From Cyanophyceae cyanobacterium (GTDB lineage: Bacteria > Cyanobacteriota > Cyanobacteriia > Cyanobacteriales > JBHJGN01): a DNA stretch of 64,000 bases. The translations under genes and the position numbers were made by a program. The notes below the pieces were generated by a model. It was not told the origin of the DNA and searched no databases. It worked only from the letters and a program-made list of their open reading frames with translations. Positions within the stretch are counted from its first letter, which is position 1. Every line of letters begins with the position of its first letter. The stretch spans positions 10,748 through 74,747 of the forward strand of contig JBHJGN010000055.1 of assembly GCA_050331735.1 (NCBI GenBank). The letters are read 5' to 3'. Below, one piece after another: positions 57,600 to 64,000 of this stretch.

Positions 57600-57650
57600 A
57601 CCGATAACTAGCTGATTACTTTCATTATTAACAAAGTCATGGGTTACTGC

Positions 57651-58160
57651 TCACTGGCACAGCAGAGAATCACGGGTGGCAACTCCTGTTTGAGAGTTGA
57701 TTCCTGTCGCTTTAGCACACAGTTTTTTCACCTGGTCGCCGTCTAAAATAGCGCTTGTGAAATCAGCCCCCGTAATATTGGCATCTTCAAAAGTCGAGCG
57801 CAACATAATTGTTTCAACAAAGACCGCATCGCTGAGATCGGCGCCCGTAAAATCTATCTGGTCAGCCATGCCGTAGGAAAGATCAGCTCCATGAAAATTT
57901 GCCTTGGTCGCTACAGAGGCACTCAAAATCGAGCCTCGCAAATCCGTTCGGCTGAAATTGGCTAGCTCCAAATTAGCGTTAGAAAATTCTGCCGCTCGTA
58001 ACGTATCTCCTGAAAAATCTCTGCCGCTCAGTTCGGCGTTGCTATAGGAAGGAGGCGGATCGTAATACTTAGTCGCCTGAGCCTGGGCAGGCAGAGGCAG
58101 GAAAAGCACCAAACTAAGCACCAGTCCTGCCAGTTTAACAATTATTTTGCTCGCAATCAC
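57651..58160 (-). CDS. Pentapeptide repeat protein (exported / thylakoid-lumen type)
   Basis: Signal peptide ending AQA, A(D/N)LxX repeats, C-terminal LC...TGVATRDSLLC. Confidence 0.9.
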   Translation of the reverse strand: MIASKIIVKLAGLVLSLVLFLPLPAQAQATKYYDPPPSYSNAELSGRDFSGDTLRAAEFSNANLELANFSRTDLRGSILSASVATKANFHGADLSYGMADQIDFTGADLSDAVFVETIMLRSTFEDANITGADFTSAILDGDQVKKLCAKATGINSQTGVATRDSLLCQ

Positions 58161-58206
58161 TGTTTGAAAATCCTTGTCTATTGGAATTCAAGCTCCCAGT
58201 TTATTC

Positions 58207-58701
58207 CTACCGACATCCTAAAGAGTCGCGGGTAGCAACGCCTGTTTTAGAATTAATTCCCGAAGCCACCTCACAAAGTTGAGCCACCTGATCCCGGTCT
58301 AGGATGGCCAAACTAAAATCAGCTCCGGTAATATCGACATTTTTAAAGGTGGAGCGCATCATAATCGCTTCGGTAAAAACGGCATCGGACAGGTCCGCTC
58401 CGGTGAAGCTAGTTAAGTAGGCCAGTCCGTTGGTTAGGTCGGCCCCGTGTAGGTTGACTTCATTGAGGGCTGAAGCGTTAAAGACAGCTCCTCTTAAGTC
58501 GGCATCGCTGAAATTAGCTCCTGTCAGGTCTACTTTGGCAAACTCAACGGTTTGTAGATTTTGGCCGGAAAAGTCTTTGCCGCTGAGGTTGGTATTGTCG
58601 AAGGTGGAGGTGACGGCGGTTGAACTAGCGGCTAAGGCTGGCGAGGAAAAGATCAACGCCAAGAGCAGTAGGCATGCCATCAACTTCAAAAGATACTTCA
58701 T
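58207..58701 (-). CDS. Pentapeptide repeat protein (paralog of the neighbouring gene)
   Basis: Signal peptide ending ALA, pentapeptide repeats, LC...TGVATRDSLGC. Confidence 0.9.
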   Translation of the reverse strand: MKYLLKLMACLLLLALIFSSPALAASSTAVTSTFDNTNLSGKDFSGQNLQTVEFAKVDLTGANFSDADLRGAVFNASALNEVNLHGADLTNGLAYLTSFTGADLSDAVFTEAIMMRSTFKNVDITGADFSLAILDRDQVAQLCEVASGINSKTGVATRDSLGCR

Positions 58702-58796
58702 CGAGTTCAAGTCAGTGAAAGGGGTCATCTGCTACAGTACATCATTGATCGGATGGGAAGGCGATCGCAAGTGTTCCTCCATCGAGTGACTTCAAA

Positions 58797-60110
58797 TTAG
58801 CTGTATTGTCGGTGCGACACGAGCACCGATGCTGCGGCGTCGGGAACTTCCTCTTCCACTCGGCGCAGGCGAGGCTCCTGTGCCGCGATCGCGGTAGCGA
58901 CAATGTTAAAGATGCCGAGCAAACACAACAGTAAACTGATGCCTCGTCCTGGTCCTACCCCAATAAACACGCCAATGCTGGTAGCCAGTAACCCGTCTGC
59001 TGCCATCATCGGCTCTAACACCCGATCTACTAAAGGACCAACCAGAACGTAGGCAACAATTGACAAAGACCGTTCTAGCATCACCTGGACCGCGAAAACC
59101 CGCCCCTGGAGACTTACAGGGACTTTGCTCTGCCAGATAGCCTGATTGCAGCTCACGATGATCGGTTGAGCAAACAGATAGCCAAAAACTCCCACTCCAG
59201 CCATCATTAATGAGGAACTAGCGCCGCTCAGAAAGACCAGTACGCCCTGGAGAGGAACGAAACTGAGAATGGCATAAACTCGGCGTTTTGGTCCTCCCCA
59301 AGCACTCATGACCAGGCTACCAAACAGCATGCCAGAGCCACCAATCGAAAGCACCAGTCCAAGCTCTGTACTCGATGCCATATTCAGAACAAAGGGCCAG
59401 AACAGCACTTCCAAAGTCCCCACCGTAAAGTAGGTAACGGCAATGAACGTGAGTAACTTGACTAGTCCAGGGCGTTTGGAAATATAGTGCCAGCTAGAGA
59501 GAGTTTCTCGGAGCAGATGACTCGCCTTGACGGCTCGACTCCGTTTGTGCCTGGTGCGGGGAAAGCGAACCGCGAGGAGCGTTGTCAGCGCAAACACAAA
59601 AGAACCGACATCCAGCAGCAGAATCCCCTCAAGCGCAATGAGCTTAATCAGAAAACCCGCTAGCAGGGGCGCAGTTAGCTTAGCCGTGGCCTTGGAAATT
59701 TGCACCATGCCGTTGGCCCGACTCAGATGCCGTTTGGGAACAAGCTGGGTAGTGGCGGCGGTATAGGCTGGTAGCTGAAAGGCATTGAAGATCGAGCTTA
59801 CTGTGATCGCCACATAGACGTGCCAGAGTTCTAAACGATCCCAGTAGACTAGAGCGAAGATTGCCAACGTGCTGATTCCCGCAACAGAATCGCTCAGCAT
59901 CATCGCCCAGCGGCGATTCCAGCGATCGACCAGGGCGCCTGCCACCGGAGAAATCAGCACGTTCGGCAGGTAAATTAATAAAACAGTTAGAGCGAACTGC
60001 GTAATTGACCCTGTTTTTTGGTAAACCCAGACTCCAAGGGCAAATTCTGTTAACTTTGACCCGAGTAAAGAAATTACCTGTCCAAACCAGACGGTCAGAA
60101 AAATCCGCAT
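58797..60110 (-). CDS. MFS transporter (DHA3 / macrolide-efflux-like)
   Basis: WFGQVISLLGS, GALVDRWNRR, QSKVP..LQGRVF, about 12 TM. Confidence 0.9.
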   Translation of the reverse strand: MRIFLTVWFGQVISLLGSKLTEFALGVWVYQKTGSITQFALTVLLIYLPNVLISPVAGALVDRWNRRWAMMLSDSVAGISTLAIFALVYWDRLELWHVYVAITVSSIFNAFQLPAYTAATTQLVPKRHLSRANGMVQISKATAKLTAPLLAGFLIKLIALEGILLLDVGSFVFALTTLLAVRFPRTRHKRSRAVKASHLLRETLSSWHYISKRPGLVKLLTFIAVTYFTVGTLEVLFWPFVLNMASSTELGLVLSIGGSGMLFGSLVMSAWGGPKRRVYAILSFVPLQGVLVFLSGASSSLMMAGVGVFGYLFAQPIIVSCNQAIWQSKVPVSLQGRVFAVQVMLERSLSIVAYVLVGPLVDRVLEPMMAADGLLATSIGVFIGVGPGRGISLLLCLLGIFNIVATAIAAQEPRLRRVEEEVPDAAASVLVSHRQYS

Positions 60111-60171
60111 ATTTGCCTCATTAATGACTGTTTTCAGAGACTATTTTTTTATCTCGGTGTTCTCTAGTCTA

Positions 60172-60191
60172 TATTAAGTTTTATTAAGTTT
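60172..60191. promoter_or_regulatory. Direct repeat, possible HLR1/RpaB-type site upstream of psaC
   Basis: TATTAAGTTT twice with 10-bp period; RpaB binds such tandem repeats at PSI promoters, but the match to consensus is loose. Confidence 0.3.
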
Positions 60192-60377
60192 GCAGATGTT
60201 CTTCCTATTTATGCCGTAGGGGGGAAAAACTGAGCTCTTTGTTCCACTTTACAACAGTTGTGTAACAGAATTTGAAGTTCTATCACCATTTAGGGAGGAG
60301 GGCTGTAACGCTGCGGTAAACTGATTTTGAGAAAAATCCATAAATTTTAGGAGAACCTTTCGGTAAGGAGCCGATAG

Positions 60378-60626
<249 letters not shown>

Positions 60627-60756
60627 CAAACACCAATTTAAGGTGCTTTGAAAAACGCTTACTAAGAATCCTAGGCTTTAAAAAAGGAACTATTTTCTTT
60701 AAGTTTGGCAGTTTGTCCCGAGATATGCTGCCAAAATTTTTTGTCTCAAAAAATAT

Positions 60757-61551
60757 TTAGTCTCTATTCCTAATTTTAGTAGCAGTACGAAGAATTTGCC
60801 CGGCTAAAATTGCCGCCCCAAATCCGTTGTCGATGTTGACAACGCCAATCCCCGCTGCACAGGAATTGAGCATTGTCAGTAGAGGCGCCACGCCGCCAAA
60901 ACTCGCTCCATAGCCGACTGATGTGGGAACGCCAATCACTGGACAGTCGGCCAACCCCGCCACCACGCTTGGTAATGCTCCCTCCATTCCCGCCACCACA
61001 ATCAGCACGTCCGCTTCCTCAATAAGCTGACGATGGCTGAGGAGACGATGAATTCCGGCTACCCCAACATCCCAAAGGCGCTGGACTTTGAAGCCGCAGA
61101 GTTCAGCAGTGACAGCGGCTTCTTCAGCCACGGCGAGATCGGCAGTTCCGGCACTCAGAACGGTAATTTTCCCCTCCTCTTCCCTCAACTGCGGTTCTCC
61201 TAAAGCACAGATGCGCGCAATCGGATAGTACCGTAAACCAATAACTTGTTCTTCAATTTCCTCATAAACAGCCGCTTCAATGCGAGTGGCCATAATCGCG
61301 GTAGGGTGAGCGAGGGTTTGATGTTGCTTTCTCATCGCCGTTATGATGTGAGCAATTTGCTCTGGCGTTTTTCCTGGTCCCCAAATTACTTCGGGAAACC
61401 CCGTTCTTAACTGGCGATGATGGTCGATTTTGGCAAAATCCGCAACGGGTTCAAACGACAGGTATTTTAGTTTGTGAAGGGCAGCGGCAGGAGCGAGGTC
61501 TCCTGTGGCCACCGCTTCGAGGAGCGATTGCAGAGCTTCAGGCTGAGTCAT
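60757..61551 (-). CDS. larB: LarB / CpmA family (PurE-like) protein
   Basis: FAKIDHHRQLRTGFPEVIWG, AGTADL, DVGVAGIHR, AGMEGALPSV, NIDNGFGAA. Confidence 0.9.
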   Translation of the reverse strand: MTQPEALQSLLEAVATGDLAPAAALHKLKYLSFEPVADFAKIDHHRQLRTGFPEVIWGPGKTPEQIAHIITAMRKQHQTLAHPTAIMATRIEAAVYEEIEEQVIGLRYYPIARICALGEPQLREEEGKITVLSAGTADLAVAEEAAVTAELCGFKVQRLWDVGVAGIHRLLSHRQLIEEADVLIVVAGMEGALPSVVAGLADCPVIGVPTSVGYGASFGGVAPLLTMLNSCAAGIGVVNIDNGFGAAILAGQILRTATKIRNRD

Positions 61552-61741
61552 CAAGATACGATTGCTTACTTTCATCTCTATCTTTCCACTGATGACTCAG
61601 AAGTGACCACTTCTCCTCAACTCCTATCCAAGGACGGAGCAAGATTTCCTCTCAGCTTGGTAAAATTCTAAAGTCGCTGGTTCTAGAGCCAAGCTCCGGG
61701 GTACAGCATGTCTATATCAATAGAAATTTAGGAAGAAAGCC

Positions 61742-62224
61742 TTGCTAGACGAACAAGCCAAAAAAACAATACTGCGGAAAATTCCTCATGGTCTTTATAT
61801 CTGTGGGGTCAAAGATGAAGATGAAATGAATGGCTTCACGATTAGCTGGTTGATGCAGTCTTCGTTTAAGCCACCGATGGTTGTTAACTGCGTCAAGCAA
61901 GATTCTGGTTCCCACGAGATGATTAAGAAGAGCGGAGTCTATGCCGTAAGCTTCCTCGATAACAGCCAAAAGGAGATCGCGGCACAGTTTTTTAAGCCCA
62001 AGCGTCGCGTTGGCAACAAGTTTGAAGAGATCGAGTTTTATGAAGGGCAAGAAACAGGCTGCCCGATTATTTCTGACTCTCTAGGATACATCGAATGTAA
62101 AGTTGTTGGTGCAGTAGAAGACGGCGATCATACCGTGTTTGTCGGCGAGGTCGTAGGCGCAGGCGTTCACCGCGAAGGTAAACAGCTTTCCTTAGAGGAC
62201 ACCGAGTGGCAGTACGGTGGATAG
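61742..62224 (+). CDS. Flavin reductase family protein
   Basis: LRKIPHGLYI, SWLMQSSFKPP, GDHTVFVGEV; TTG start after GGAAG. Confidence 0.9.
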   Translation: MLDEQAKKTILRKIPHGLYICGVKDEDEMNGFTISWLMQSSFKPPMVVNCVKQDSGSHEMIKKSGVYAVSFLDNSQKEIAAQFFKPKRRVGNKFEEIEFYEGQETGCPIISDSLGYIECKVVGAVEDGDHTVFVGEVVGAGVHREGKQLSLEDTEWQYGG

Positions 62225-62268
62225 CCCTGACCCAATCTTAATGAAGTCGTTACTCCGAAAGTTACAAC

Positions 62269-62622
62269 ATGCCTTTAATTAGAGTGCAATCTTCCGTATC
62301 TGCGCCAGATTCGATAGCAGTGGAGGACTTACTCAAACAGCTCTCTGCAAAATTAGCGCAGCATTTAGGTAAGCCTGAGTCTTATGTCATGACGGCTTTT
62401 GAATCAAATGTAGCCATGAGCTTTGCTGGCACCTTTGAGCCAGTCTGCTTGATCGAAATTAAGAGCCTTGGCAAGATGAAGCCGGAACAAACCAAGGCCA
62501 TGAGCCAGGATTTTTGCCAGCAGGTGGAAGAGAAGTTGGGAGTTGCGCAGAATCGCATCTATATTGATTTTGCTGATGCCGAAAGAGCCATGTGGGGCTG
62601 GAACGGCTCTACCTTTGCCTAA
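62269..62622 (+). CDS. MIF / phenylpyruvate tautomerase family protein
   Basis: N-terminal catalytic Pro (MPLI), GKPESYVM, WGWNGSTF. Confidence 0.92.
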   Translation: MPLIRVQSSVSAPDSIAVEDLLKQLSAKLAQHLGKPESYVMTAFESNVAMSFAGTFEPVCLIEIKSLGKMKPEQTKAMSQDFCQQVEEKLGVAQNRIYIDFADAERAMWGWNGSTFA

Positions 62623-62669
62623 GCGACAGCATGAAGCTACTGCGGTAAGAGGAGGAAAATTCTTGACTC

Positions 62670-63263
62670 ATGAGAGAAGCGCCACCAGTCGAAGTGAACA
62701 AAATAGCTTTAGGAGACAGTACTGAAGCTGCCGACCTCGCTGTGCGAGCTTACCGGAAGCTTTCTCAGCTTTACGAACAGCAGCAGAAGATTGCCTTTAG
62801 TGAATTTCTCGTCAAGTTGGGAGTCATTCGTACAGGACAGTGGAAAAGTTACCCCTCCGGGTATCGACGAGTGACGATGCGCCTCCTCAACGATGTTTTG
62901 GTGCTTCAATCAATGTACGCTGATTGCCGTGATATTCACGCTGCTGTTCAGCAAACTAAGGTTCCGGCCTACTGGCGTAGAGAACAGCGCTGCTGGCTGA
63001 TGAGAATTATCGATAAGGTGCGACAGGCATTACCCACTCGTTATGGCAGTCGCAGCCGCGAACAGGCGGGCGATCGCCTGAGAACGTTGCTCCAAGATGA
63101 TTTACTCACCTATAGCTTTGAGGAAGTGGTTGATTATGTCGGACGCTACCTTGAAGCCAAGGCGCAAGGAGCCGAAGCGATTGGGGATGAGAAAGCCTAT
63201 CAGTGGCGGGATGCTCATCGCTACTTCGTTCTCCTGCAAGCCTCTCTGGACTCAGTGACTTGA
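62670..63263 (+). CDS. Hypothetical protein
   Basis: 197-aa ORF, GAGGAGG upstream, co-oriented with its neighbours. Confidence 0.7.
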   Translation: MREAPPVEVNKIALGDSTEAADLAVRAYRKLSQLYEQQQKIAFSEFLVKLGVIRTGQWKSYPSGYRRVTMRLLNDVLVLQSMYADCRDIHAAVQQTKVPAYWRREQRCWLMRIIDKVRQALPTRYGSRSREQAGDRLRTLLQDDLLTYSFEEVVDYVGRYLEAKAQGAEAIGDEKAYQWRDAHRYFVLLQASLDSVT

Positions 63264-63370
63264 CAAGAATCGGATCTAAGTTGACTTCAGCTTGGTCGGT
63301 TGAGTTTGCTAACGCTATGATGACAACGAACAGCGCCAGCAGGTCAGGCGGAACTGCTTTGATGTTAACT

Positions 63371-63625
63371 ATGGATTTTGTTACTGTTTTGGGACTCTTA
63401 GCAGGTTCTTTGACAACAATGGCTTTCCTCCCACAAGTCATTCAAACTTGGACAACCAAATCGACGAAAGACATCTCCCTCGGAATGTTTTTGACTTTCT
63501 GCACTGGAGTTCTGCTATGGCTGATTTACGGGATTGCCATTCGTGATTTACCTGTCATTGCCGCCAATGCCGTCACTTTAATTCTCGCCTCTACAATTTT
63601 GGGTTTCAAGCTCAAATACAAATAA
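63371..63625 (+). CDS. SemiSWEET / PQ-loop sugar transporter
   Basis: LTTMAFLPQV...KSTKDIS, LLWLIYG, AN motif; 3 TM; likely start ATG 63371. Confidence 0.92.
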   Translation: MDFVTVLGLLAGSLTTMAFLPQVIQTWTTKSTKDISLGMFLTFCTGVLLWLIYGIAIRDLPVIAANAVTLILASTILGFKLKYK

Positions 63626-63642
63626 CCAAGCTATGGCGATGG

Positions 63643-64000
63643 ACGGTAATTGAGGGTATTTTTTCATCCCTGTTAATGGCGAGGAAAAACAACCAGAACC
63701 TCGTCAGCATTAGGTGAGGATTGAGATTGATATAAAGCACAGAACACTTCCGTGTTTAAAATAGTCATCAAATAAGCACTCATGATGATTTCCCACTACT
63801 TCTCAAAGTTTCGCCGGAAGAGGTTCCGGCGGCTGCCTTGAGCAAGCTCAATTTGCTCGAATTTGGTGAAGCGATAGTCAGCCCAACCTAATTTTTGTTC
63901 ACACTGTCGGAAGCTATATTCAACCCACGTTCTTAACCGATAAAGATTCCCCAAACTCTTTTTAATTTGGTGAGTTTTACCTCTAAGATTGGTCATCACG
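63643..64000 (-). pseudogene. IS701-family transposase remnant
   Basis: LYRLRTWVEYSFRQCEQKLGWADYRFT..QIE[insert]K*WEIIMSAYLM...RH*QG*KNTLN; several in-frame stops. Confidence 0.8.

Noticed and set aside
58797..60110. MFS transporter as exporter for the PKS product
   Set aside because: It lies about 37 kb away among housekeeping genes, with no linkage evidence

Overview
Cyanobacterial chromosomal window: HIP1 octamer GCGATCGC throughout, plus psaC, chlD and the phylloquinone men genes. Most of it is housekeeping (menC/A/F/D, a pilQ-like secretin, rimM, chlD, purH, purK, pyrG, lgt, psaC, larB, 6S RNA). There is one accessory block at about 10.5-22.6 kb. It holds a decayed MazF/PemK toxin-antitoxin pair and an intact IS200/IS605 element (tnpA plus tnpB) whose ends I could place by rebuilding the empty site. 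It also holds an 8.2-kb hybrid synthase (A-T-KS-AT-DH-ER-KR-ACP, no thioesterase) whose loading domain looks like an alpha-keto-acid-type adenylation domain, transcribed divergently from a short LeuA/CimA-like keto-acid condensing enzyme. That gene pair is the best candidate here for an undescribed system. The window is also colonised by very small repeats: 13-nt hairpins with co-varying stems set in GGGGAAA heptamer tracts, and a ~60-bp core in 3 copies, one of them in frame inside an ABC ATPase. Other items worth checking are a P450 inside the men cluster, an unannotated 52-aa lipoprotein with a structured leader, a double-pseudoknot-like element after pyrG, and an IS701 remnant carrying a 45-bp insertion with a 5-bp duplication. 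All calls come from reading the sequence and motifs by eye; no database searches were run.
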